Below are positions 1-6,918 of a stretch of 20,000 bases of DNA, in pieces. Positions within the stretch are counted from its first letter, which is position 1, and the number at the start of each line of letters is the position of its first letter. The notes beneath the pieces are model-generated. The model was not told where the DNA came from, made no database searches, and worked only from the letters and a program-made list of their open reading frames with translations. The DNA comes from an uncultured virus (IMG/VR IMGVR_UViG_3300031660_000001) (taxonomy: Duplodnaviria > Heunggongvirae > Uroviricota > Caudoviricetes > Crassvirales): IMG/VR virus record IMGVR_UViG_3300031660_000001. One strand, given 5' to 3'. The position numbers were made by a program, and so were the translations under genes.

Positions 1-53
1 CTATAATCTGAATATTGGTAAGTGTTTTTTGTTTCTTTACTCATGATTTTCAT
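1..53 (-). CDS. hypothetical protein, partial (runs off the left edge)
   Basis: Hand translation from ATG at 53 (or 44): MKIMSKETKNTYQYSDY...; same strand and tight spacing as neighbouring genes. Confidence 0.5.
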   Translation of the reverse strand, partial: MKIMSKETKNTYQYSDY

Positions 54-62
54 ATTTAATTG

Positions 63-278
63 TTAATGTTCTCTTGCGTATTCTACTACCTCTTCATACA
101 AATCAAGGTAATCAAAATAAAAATCTGTAATGTCCATATCGTTTAACCAAACATCCGTTATTTCTAGTTCTTCCTCTGGAGGTTGCTCGTGTGTTCCATC
201 CTCGGAATAATACTCGTATCGTATTACTATCTCGTATTTGTCCTGAGTTAAGGTAAATGTGCCTCTTTTTCGTGTCAT
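63..278 (-). CDS. small acidic phage hypothetical protein (71 aa)
   Basis: ORF track; D/E/Y-rich; tightly packed in the minus-strand block. Confidence 0.75.
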   Translation of the reverse strand: MTRKRGTFTLTQDKYEIVIRYEYYSEDGTHEQPPEEELEITDVWLNDMDITDFYFDYLDLYEEVVEYAREH

Positions 279-279
279 A

Positions 280-681
280 CTATATAGTTTTATTGTGTTG
301 GTTAATAAATTCTACTACTGCTTGATATGTAGTCTCTAATTTAGACTTTCCGTTATCTTTAATGATTTCAATAGTATCTCCATTACTATCTTGAATAACA
401 CAATAATTTGTGCTTCCTATGGTAACATTATAACTATTGTTTTCATCAAAAATGAAATTTTCAATCTTTTCTACTACAGGCATAAGCCAATCCCAAGATT
501 TATGATATTCTAATTCAACATCTGGAATCCATTCTTCCTTATTTATAAAATAGTATGAACCTTTGTGTTCCTTTAGCCCCATAAATTCAGCTATTAACTC
601 ATTGTCTGTTTTTGATGGTATATTTACTACTCTATCTCCAAATGAGTCTTTCATCATTTCGTTAAATTCTTTTATGTTCAT
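280..681 (-). CDS. conserved phage protein with NELIAEFMG...YHxSWDWLMPVVEKI motif (possibly related to phage ABA-sandwich domain)
   Basis: Motif recalled from Bacteroidota phage proteins; 4-nt overlap with the upstream gene; family name is tentative. Confidence 0.7.
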   Translation of the reverse strand: MNIKEFNEMMKDSFGDRVVNIPSKTDNELIAEFMGLKEHKGSYYFINKEEWIPDVELEYHKSWDWLMPVVEKIENFIFDENNSYNVTIGSTNYCVIQDSNGDTIEIIKDNGKSKLETTYQAVVEFINQHNKTI

Positions 682-890
682 GATTCGTCATGGTTTTTAT
701 ATTCTTCTAATACCTCCAACATTTCTTCTTTTCTTGTTGGCGCATCGTCAAGTATTAAGTTGACTAAATACTCTATTTCATCTCGCAAATCATCGCATTG
801 TTCAACTGCCCATAATGAATAGACTTTGATTTTACTTCCTAGACATCCTGAATGAACTGTTTTTACTTCTTTGTTTTGTTCTATTTTCAT
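678..890 (-). CDS. hypothetical protein (70 aa)
   Basis: ORF track; 4-nt overlaps with both neighbours suggest translational coupling. Confidence 0.7.
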   Translation of the reverse strand: MKIEQNKEVKTVHSGCLGSKIKVYSLWAVEQCDDLRDEIEYLVNLILDDAPTRKEEMLEVLEEYKNHDES

Positions 891-1120
891 GATTTAGGAG
901 TGTTTAAACGATGTCTAATCGAGGTTAGTTTTTTTAACTGATCAACAACAATGTCTAACATTTCGCCCTCGCTTAGAAAATCGCTCGACTGATCGTCTTT
1001 TGTAAATTTCGGGTTTTCAACATACGCTATTAATTGCTTTAGATAATTAATATTTTTTTGTCTATCTTTTTGTAATGCTTCGATCTGAGCATTTTTGTAA
1101 TCTAATAATTCATTTGCCAT
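887..1120 (-). CDS. hypothetical protein with N-terminal coiled coil (77 aa)
   Basis: ORF track; heptad-like LLDYKNAQIEALQK; coupled to the next gene. Confidence 0.7.
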   Translation of the reverse strand: MANELLDYKNAQIEALQKDRQKNINYLKQLIAYVENPKFTKDDQSSDFLSEGEMLDIVVDQLKKLTSIRHRLNTPKS

Positions 1121-1121
1121 A

Positions 1122-1277
1122 TTATTTAAGTTTTTTTAAGATTAATATTCCCAATATCCAAATGCTTATTATTCCTATTATTAACAGAACATTTAACATT
1201 TCGTATTGGTCGGTGTATTCTAAATGATCGTTTAAGTAATGATCACTTAAAATGTCTTGTAGAGTTATCGTATCCAT
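1122..1277 (-). CDS. small membrane protein (51 aa), not in ORF track
   Basis: Hand translation MDTITLQDILSDHYLNDHLEYTDQYEMLNVLLIIGIISIWILGILILKKLK; C-terminal TM helix followed by a basic tail; fills the gap exactly. Confidence 0.65.
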   Translation of the reverse strand: MDTITLQDILSDHYLNDHLEYTDQYEMLNVLLIIGIISIWILGILILKKLK

Positions 1278-1280
1278 AAA

Positions 1281-1367
1281 TTAAATTATTATTATTATTA
1301 TTATTATTGCTCCCACTATGAAAGCTATTTTATCTATTTTCTCTAAATTATTATACCAATCTTTCAT
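1281..1367 (-). CDS. 28-aa membrane peptide with poly-Ile tail, not in ORF track
   Basis: Hand translation MKDWYNNLEKIDKIAFIVGAIIIIIIII; A-rich leader; stops 3 nt before the next ATG. Confidence 0.5.
   Translation of the reverse strand: MKDWYNNLEKIDKIAFIVGAIIIIIIII
1285..1308. repeat. (ATT)8 trinucleotide microsatellite
   Basis: attattattattattattattatt read directly. Confidence 0.9.
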
Positions 1368-1572
1368 ATTATTTATTTAAAATTACAGGTGTTTTAATTT
1401 GTCTTAGAGTAGGTGTCACCATTTTACACCATTTTATTATTTATTTGATAATTCAATCGTAACTTTTAAACTCGGGAACTCTAACCTTTGACGCGTTACC
1501 CTTTAAGATAAAAACTATCTTTTGTTATCAATTACTTTGCTAATATAAAACTAAATGTTTATTAATTCCTAA

Positions 1573-1764
1573 TTATTTTAGTATTATTTTATTATTATTT
1601 CTTTTTACTCTGTTAATTTTTTTCTTCGGTACGTTTAAACGCTCTTTAATTTTTGCTTTGTCGTACTCGGTTAATATTAATAATTCGCTTTTTGTATAGA
1701 CTGCGTTTAAACGTTGTCTCTTTGCTTTCTTTACGTTGTGAAAAAACTTTGCTTTGTTGCTCAT
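1573..1764 (-). CDS. small basic hypothetical protein (63 aa; likely start MSNKAKF)
   Basis: ORF track 1573..1824; the ATG at 1764 has an A-rich leader (aataaaact) typical of the other genes here. Confidence 0.65.
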   Translation of the reverse strand: MSNKAKFFHNVKKAKRQRLNAVYTKSELLILTEYDKAKIKERLNVPKKKINRVKRNNNKIILK

Positions 1765-1842
1765 AGTTTTATTTATTACTCCAAATTTTACGATGCATAG
1801 CTTCCGCCCGTTCCTGATCTTCAACAGAACAAACCCACCTTG

Positions 1843-2175
1843 TTAAGGCTTTGATAGGTTATTATTATAGTTAGTTTCAATTTCTATTAATTCTTTTTTT
1901 AAGCAATTTTCTTTTAATGATCTTCTTAATATTATATTATTTTCTTTGCAATACATTGAAAGAGGCTTACCCCAATTTCCACTTATTTTATTAAATTGTG
2001 TTAAAATTGCTTTTGCTTCTTGTTCAAATTGTGTCCCGTATCCGTTCTGCATTTGCATTAAAAAAGTTTCTTTGGTTTCTGTTCCATAGTTTAAAGTAAT
2101 AGTTCCACAGAAATAAGAATTTCCGTTTTTATTGTCAAACCATTCTTTGGCATTTACATCGATTGTGTTTATCAT
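1843..2175 (-). CDS. conserved phage hypothetical protein (KEWFDxxNGNSYF motif)
   Basis: ORF track; globular composition; A-rich leader. Confidence 0.8.
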   Translation of the reverse strand: MINTIDVNAKEWFDNKNGNSYFCGTITLNYGTETKETFLMQMQNGYGTQFEQEAKAILTQFNKISGNWGKPLSMYCKENNIILRRSLKENCLKKELIEIETNYNNNLSKP

Positions 2176-2203
2176 AATTATTTATTTAGTTTATTATTAA
2201 GTT

Positions 2204-2716
2204 TTATTTATAATTTATAGTTTCTAATTTGTTTAATCTTTCTAACCTTTCATTCACTGGTAATGTGTCCCAGTTGTTCGGCTTCTCCCAATTTGGGATA
2301 TTAGCTTTCATTGTAGCAAATACGATCCTTTCTTTATATTTTAGTTTGTCTTCTTTGCTTTCGTTCTGGTTTGTTAAATTACCCAACTTTAAAAACGCAC
2401 TCATAAAATTTAATGAATCGTTTTTGTTTTCTTTTTGTCCTTTGCCTTCCATCATATTAGACATTTCTTTATTAGATATTTTCTTTGCTAGATGTCTTAT
2501 TCCCGTACTTGTTTGGGTCATTTGCTTTGCTGTACTCATTGAATATCTTTTTTCGTTTTCATACCATTGCCCGTCCTTATATATAAAAATTGGATAGTAC
2601 CCGTATGATTTAACAATATAACAACCGTTTTGATTTTCGGCACTTAAATTGTTTGCTTTGAATTCTTTTTTGTTTGTTGTAAAATAGTGACTTTCTTTGT
2701 TGGATGTTTTTTTCAT
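2204..2716 (-). CDS. phage hypothetical protein (170 aa, apparently two-domain)
   Basis: ORF track; aromatic beta-rich N half and helical C half joined by a polar linker. Confidence 0.8.
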   Translation of the reverse strand: MKKTSNKESHYFTTNKKEFKANNLSAENQNGCYIVKSYGYYPIFIYKDGQWYENEKRYSMSTAKQMTQTSTGIRHLAKKISNKEMSNMMEGKGQKENKNDSLNFMSAFLKLGNLTNQNESKEDKLKYKERIVFATMKANIPNWEKPNNWDTLPVNERLERLNKLETINYK

Positions 2717-2737
2717 GATTATTTTTATTTATTTAAT

Positions 2738-2881
2738 TTAATATTTATAACTTTTTTTGATTTTATTATACGACACGTTTTTATTGTCGCAATATTTCAT
2801 TGCTTCATCAAATAATATAAATAGATTATTATTTACAAAGTAATGAGGGGTTGAGCTTCTTTCTATTTTTAATTTGTGCAT
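2738..2881 (-). CDS. hypothetical protein (47 aa), not in ORF track
   Basis: Hand translation MHKLKIERSSTPHYFVNNNLFILFDEAMKYCDNKNVSYNKIKKSYKY. Confidence 0.55.
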   Translation of the reverse strand: MHKLKIERSSTPHYFVNNNLFILFDEAMKYCDNKNVSYNKIKKSYKY

Positions 2882-2904
2882 AATTATATATTTAAATTAA
2901 TTGT

Positions 2905-3081
2905 TTATTTAATTATTTGTATATCGTAAATTGATTTATTATTTATTTTACAATCGGTTAATATTTGAACCGCATAAGGTGTAATTTCTGAAGGTGGGCA
3001 GTTATTCGCTTTTAATAAATCTTCTATGTATTTTAATTTTTTAATTGTTATTAAATTAGTAATTCTTTTCAATGCGCTCAT
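2905..3081 (-). CDS. hypothetical protein (58 aa), first gene of the leftward operon, not in ORF track
   Basis: Hand translation MSALKRITNLITIKKLKYIEDLLKANNCPPSEITPYAVQILTDCKINNKSIYDIQIIK; promoter box 32 nt upstream. Confidence 0.6.
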   Translation of the reverse strand: MSALKRITNLITIKKLKYIEDLLKANNCPPSEITPYAVQILTDCKINNKSIYDIQIIK

Positions 3082-3112
3082 AATTGTATAGGGTTTTAAG
3101 TATTAATTTATT

Positions 3113-3120
3113 CAAAGATA
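3113..3120 (-). promoter_or_regulatory. Bacteroidota-type -7 promoter element (TATCTTTG) for the leftward operon
   Basis: caaagata on + reads TATCTTTG on -, matching TAnnTTTG. Confidence 0.65.
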
Positions 3121-3335
3121 TACTATTTTTTTATATAAAACTATTATTTTAGTATTAAATTATGTTTAAACAACCTGCAACAGGTAGAAAAAACTTTTAT
3201 AATGCTTTATACATAACGTTTAAACAGGCTTATGTTCTGTACTTTAGGCGGTTACATTTGTAAACTTTGGGGGTGTTTTGTTTTCATTTGTAAATTGTCG
3301 CGGGGGTATTACTCTTTAATGACGCATGTGTGAAC

Positions 3336-3365
3336 AGAGAGAGGGAGGAAGGGAAGGGAAGAAGG
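3336..3365. repeat. 30-nt pure purine tract
   Basis: agagagagggaggaagggaagggaagaagg. Confidence 0.9.
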
Positions 3366-3376
3366 TATAGGATAAA

Positions 3377-3425
3377 GCGCGTGTGCGTACGTGCGTGTGC
3401 GCGTGTGCGTGTGCGTGTGCGCGTG
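3377..3425. repeat. 49-nt alternating purine/pyrimidine (GC/GT) tract
   Basis: gcgcgtgtgcgtacgtgcgtgtgcgcgtgtgcgtgtgcgtgtgcgcgtg; strict RY alternation. Confidence 0.9.
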
Positions 3426-3590
3426 GGTAATAGGACTACCCTTGATAGTAAAAGCCAAACAATCTGAAAGAAAAATTTATGTTCCTCTGTTGACCTCTGA
3501 ATATTTTCGGTTTCCTTTTTAGCGTCTCGTCTCGTATGAAGACATATAACCCTAAACCTCTATATATGTAATGCAAAAAAAAATTTTTAC

Positions 3591-3598
3591 TATATTTG
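3591..3598 (+). promoter_or_regulatory. Bacteroidota-type -7 promoter element (TATATTTG)
   Basis: TAnnTTTG ending 16 nt before ATG 3615. Confidence 0.65.
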
Positions 3599-3614
3599 TA
3601 TTAAACTTTATACT

Positions 3615-3812
3615 ATGAATAGTAATGATTACGTTAAAGGCCTATACGTTAAGAACGGTAGGTTAATCAATGATCGTAAAGACGGAGAGTCAGGTATCGC
3701 TAGAGCGGCTTCAATTAAGAGAGCTGTAGATAATGACAGAAAAATTAACCAGATAGCTGAAGGAATTCAGTTAGCAGAAAACAAGAAAAACTTTAATCAA
3801 TTAGAGTATTAA
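3615..3812 (+). CDS. conserved phage hypothetical protein (GLYVKNGRLIN motif), monocistronic
   Basis: ORF track; bracketed by a promoter box and an intrinsic terminator. Confidence 0.8.
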   Translation: MNSNDYVKGLYVKNGRLINDRKDGESGIARAASIKRAVDNDRKINQIAEGIQLAENKKNFNQLEY

Positions 3813-3842
3813 AAAAAATTGTTCTGTTTCGATTAGTTGATT

Positions 3843-3878
3843 GAAGAGGGATTTCTAACGAGATCCTTCTTTTTTTTT
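3843..3878 (+). terminator. intrinsic (Rho-independent) terminator
   Basis: GAAGAGGGATTTC-TAAC-GAGATCCTTCTTT stem-loop (with G.U pairs) running into a T9 tract. Confidence 0.8.
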
Positions 3879-4174
3879 GTGTCGATTTTGGATTTAACAT
3901 AATGTTGAAAATCCGAAGTACTATGCATGCATAGTAAATAAATTTTTAGGCAACCCTAAAAAACAGCCTAAAATGTCGATAATCGACACTAAGGTGTCAA
4001 TAATTTTTTAAAATCGACACTAATTAATTGTTTGATTATCAATACTTTAACTACTATATTTATTACTTGTGTCGATAATGTCGAAAAAAAACCTATTATA
4101 CTATAGTAAAAAAAAGTAAAAAGTAAAAAACACTATAGTCTGTATATGAACAAGAAAATCGACATTTCCGACAC
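3878..4174. repeat. array of TGTCGA/TCGACA repeats and palindromes, putative replication origin or protein-binding array
   Basis: Seven exact copies (3880, 3974, 3983, 4014, 4070, 4079, 4159) plus two variants (3995, 4168) in a non-coding AT-rich interval. Confidence 0.75.
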
Positions 4175-4197
4175 CATTATAAAATCAATTTATTTAC

Positions 4198-4205
4198 TAT
4201 CTTTG
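4198..4205 (+). promoter_or_regulatory. Bacteroidota-type -7 promoter element (TATCTTTG) for groEL
   Basis: TAnnTTTG ending 22 nt before ATG 4228. Confidence 0.65.
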
Positions 4206-4227
4206 TTTTAAATCAAATTTAATTTTA

Positions 4228-5826
4228 ATGAAACAATCATACATTCCAAAAGACTTAACGTTTGACAATGAAGGTCGCTCAAAATTGATCAAAGGAATTT
4301 CTAAAATATCTAAAGCAGTTAAGAGTACCTTAGGCCCTAGAGGCCGCACTGTTCTAATCGAATCTCCAGAACATCTTGCAGGTATCACAGTGACTAAGGA
4401 TGGTGTGACTGTAGCTAATTCAATCTTCTTGGATGATCCAATAGAAAACTTAGCTATACAGATGATGAAAGATGCTGCTAGTAGAACTGCCCAGCAAGCT
4501 GGTGATGGTACCACTACGGCAATCGTTTTGACCGAGGCTATTGTAAATGCGGGTGAGACTCACTTAACTCCGGAGCATAATGTAACTGAGGTTATTAAAT
4601 ACATAAATAAATTTAAAGATAATTTGATTGAAAAGCTTGAGAAGGGATCTAAAAAGATTACTAAGTCTAGGTTATTAGATGTTGCTACCATATCGGCTAA
4701 CAACGATAAAGAGATTGGATCAATTATAGCGGATGCTTACAAAAAAGTTGGGAATGATGGGATAGTTACCGTGGAGAAGAGTATGAATCATGAGACGTAT
4801 GCTGAGGTTACTAACGGGATTAAAGTAGATCGTGGATATACATCCAACTTATTTCTAAACAACCAGCGTAAGGATGAATGCATTATGGAGGATGTAATGG
4901 TTCTAGTGTGTGACCAGGAGATTAATAACATCTTGCAAATTGAGAATGTACTTAAGCCTATTATACAGCAAAACAAAAAACTTTTAATGATTGCGCCTTG
5001 TTCGGCTAATGTAATTAATACACTTGCCGCTAACGTGGTAAGAAACGGACTGCAATTATGTAATATTGTTCCTCCAAACTTTGGATACAAGCAGCATGAG
5101 CTGATGCAAGACATAGCATTTGCGGTTGGAGCGAAATACTATTCAGAAAAAACAGGAGATGACTTAAGTTTACTAAGTCTAACCGACCTAGGCCATGTAG
5201 ATAAAATTATAGTTGGTAAATCCACTAGTGTTTTAATCAAAGATGCACCTATAACACAAGAAACTACGGATCGTATAGCTGAGCTTAGAGAGCAGCAAGA
5301 AGCTACAACCTTCCAATCTGACCGAGATTTCATTAACGAACGTATAGCAAGCCTTGCAGGAGCCATAGGCTGTATCTATGTTGGTGGAAATAGTGATATT
5401 GAACAAAAAGAAAAATTTGACCGAGTCGATGACTCGGTATGCGCTGTGCGCAGTGCTATGCAAGAAGGAATTATAACTGGAGGAGGGTTAGCTTTGTTCA
5501 ATACAGTAGATAATTTAAGTTCTAGTGCAACTAACTCTAACCAGGCAGTGGCATTTAAAATACTAAAAGAAGCGGTGAAGGTGCCTTTGAAACAAATTAT
5601 TATTAATTCAGGTAAAAATCCTAATGATATTATTGTTTTATTTTTACCAGAGAATCCTGACCACGGTTATGATGTAAAAAACGAAAAGATGGGAGACATG
5701 TTTAAGATGGGAGTAATAGATCCCCTTAAGGTTACTAAGAATGCATTAATTAATGCAGTGTCTGTAGCAACGACAATACTGTCCACTAACGCAATAGTAA
5801 CACACGCTAGAGCACAAATAACTTAA
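4228..5826 (+). CDS. groEL: phage-encoded group I chaperonin GroEL (Cpn60)
   Basis: TLGPRG, TKDGVTVA, AGDGTTTA ATP-binding loop, KEKFDRVDD (catalytic Asp region), GIITGGG, GVIDPLKV; lacks the GGM tail. Confidence 0.97.
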   Translation: MKQSYIPKDLTFDNEGRSKLIKGISKISKAVKSTLGPRGRTVLIESPEHLAGITVTKDGVTVANSIFLDDPIENLAIQMMKDAASRTAQQAGDGTTTAIVLTEAIVNAGETHLTPEHNVTEVIKYINKFKDNLIEKLEKGSKKITKSRLLDVATISANNDKEIGSIIADAYKKVGNDGIVTVEKSMNHETYAEVTNGIKVDRGYTSNLFLNNQRKDECIMEDVMVLVCDQEINNILQIENVLKPIIQQNKKLLMIAPCSANVINTLAANVVRNGLQLCNIVPPNFGYKQHELMQDIAFAVGAKYYSEKTGDDLSLLSLTDLGHVDKIIVGKSTSVLIKDAPITQETTDRIAELREQQEATTFQSDRDFINERIASLAGAIGCIYVGGNSDIEQKEKFDRVDDSVCAVRSAMQEGIITGGGLALFNTVDNLSSSATNSNQAVAFKILKEAVKVPLKQIIINSGKNPNDIIVLFLPENPDHGYDVKNEKMGDMFKMGVIDPLKVTKNALINAVSVATTILSTNAIVTHARAQIT

Positions 5827-5828
5827 TT

Positions 5829-6068
5829 ATGGCACACGAACCACATGCATTTGAAAATCAAATCTTTCAACACTTTAGAGATAATGCTAAGAAGATTAAT
5901 AACTGTATTGAATTTTTAACAGAACACAACTACACTGTTATAGATTTGGAAGGAGAAATTATCACAAAAGATAATTTAAAGAAACAAGATAAATTTGATT
6001 TAGACTTTAAAGAATCAAGCAACTACAGGATACCTAAACTAAAAAAAAATAATGAAACCAATAGGTAA
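5829..6068 (+). CDS. hypothetical protein between groEL and groES (79 aa)
   Basis: ORF track; starts 2 nt after the groEL stop and overlaps the groES start by 17 nt. Confidence 0.75.
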   Translation: MAHEPHAFENQIFQHFRDNAKKINNCIEFLTEHNYTVIDLEGEIITKDNLKKQDKFDLDFKESSNYRIPKLKKNNETNR

Positions 6069-6309
6069 ATATATTATCATCAACAAGATTGAAGAAGAGC
6101 ATAAAACTGAATCAGGCTTGTTGTTATCAGCAGCTGATGTGCAAGAGTTTCGTTATATCAAAGGGGAGGTTGTAAAATCAGGAAGTGATGTAAGTGTAAT
6201 TCACGAAAAAGATATTATCTACTATGATAGTGGGGCAGGTCACAGTATGTTTATTGGAGATAAGCCGTATACCATCATCACTGAGAGAGATGTCGTTGTT
6301 GTTTTATAA
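6052..6309 (+). CDS. groES: co-chaperonin GroES (Cpn10)
   Basis: MKPIGKYIII, mobile-loop-like KTESGLLLS, GEVVKSG, DIIYY, C-terminal IITERDVVVVL; 85 aa; next to groEL. Confidence 0.9.
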   Translation: MKPIGKYIIINKIEEEHKTESGLLLSAADVQEFRYIKGEVVKSGSDVSVIHEKDIIYYDSGAGHSMFIGDKPYTIITERDVVVVL

Positions 6310-6757
6310 ACTCATTCATTTCAATCATAGTGTTTCTGTAAACTTTATCCATGTAAGAGGCATCGTTACGGAATAAAGGATTTGAATGTGCTGTCTCCGC
6401 AACCTCTTCACCATTAAGTTTTTTATAAATCATCGTTATAATGCGTTTAGCTTTATAAGTTAACTCGTATAGAGTTGCTTCATTACCCTGGCGTTTTCTC
6501 CACACATGTATCCAATCATCCCTAAGCATTCTAGAGAATCTTTTAATATCCCAACTCATAACTTCTTCGTAAGTACTAAACTGTGTCTTGTTAAAAATAT
6601 CCTCGCTGTATAAGAACAATAACATTTCTAAATCTGGAGTAGTAAGGCCATACTTAGCCTTTACCCAGTAACGGATAACTCTCCAATATTTTAAATAATT
6701 ATGTGATGGTATTCGCCTAGTCGTAGGCTTTCGTTTTTGAACTCCTTTAATTTTCAT
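6278..6757 (-). CDS. putative winged helix-turn-helix (MarR-like) DNA-binding protein
   Basis: YGLTTPDLEMLLFLY helix and DDWIHVWR...LYELTYKAKRI wing pattern resemble MarR-type wHTH; fold is inferred. Confidence 0.6.
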   Translation of the reverse strand: MKIKGVQKRKPTTRRIPSHNYLKYWRVIRYWVKAKYGLTTPDLEMLLFLYSEDIFNKTQFSTYEEVMSWDIKRFSRMLRDDWIHVWRKRQGNEATLYELTYKAKRIITMIYKKLNGEEVAETAHSNPLFRNDASYMDKVYRNTMIEMNEFIKQQRHLSQ

Positions 6758-6770
6758 TAAATTTAATTTG

Positions 6771-6787
6771 TATATTTGTAAAGATAA
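6771..6787. promoter_or_regulatory. back-to-back divergent promoter boxes
   Basis: TATATTTG on + (6771-6778) before ATG 6813; one-mismatch TATCTTTA on - (6779-6786 region) before ATG 6757. Confidence 0.5.
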
Positions 6788-6812
6788 TAATTACTAATTT
6801 AAAAATATAATT

Positions 6813-6917
6813 ATGCCAACAGTAGGAAAAAAGAAATTTGCATATACTCCAAAAGGAAAGGCATCAGCTAAAAAAGCCGCTAAAAAAACAGGCAAAAAAG
6901 TTAAATCTAAATATTAA
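6813..6917 (+). CDS. 34-aa Lys/Ala-rich basic peptide, not in ORF track
   Basis: Hand translation MPTVGKKKFAYTPKGKASAKKAAKKTGKKVKSKY; histone-H1-like composition; follows a promoter box. Confidence 0.75.
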   Translation: MPTVGKKKFAYTPKGKASAKKAAKKTGKKVKSKY

Positions 6918-6918
6918 C

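Noticed and set aside
1790..1842. GC-richer intergenic patch as a structured RNA
   Set aside because: Only a weak, wobble-rich hairpin could be drawn; no tRNA or riboswitch features.
563..2597. Plus-strand hydrophobic ORFs 563..763 and 2229..2597
   Set aside because: Antisense to Lys/Asn/Glu-rich real genes, which produces spurious Phe/Leu-rich frames.
3336..3425. Eukaryotic microsatellite contamination or chimeric join
   Set aside because: Both flanks share the same promoter motif and phage gene style; still worth confirming with reads.
3878..4174. CRISPR or mini-CRISPR array
   Set aside because: Repeats are only 6-11 bp, in both orientations and irregularly spaced; no cas genes in the window.
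4197..5463. Minus-strand ORFs 4197..4514, 4788..5114, 5139..5366, 5233..5463
   Set aside because: Antisense shadows of the clearly real groEL; no recognisable motifs.
6838..6918. N-terminal extension of ORF 6838..7158 from a TTG start
   Set aside because: Overlaps the more convincing 6813..6917 peptide in another frame; ATG 6919 is the better start.
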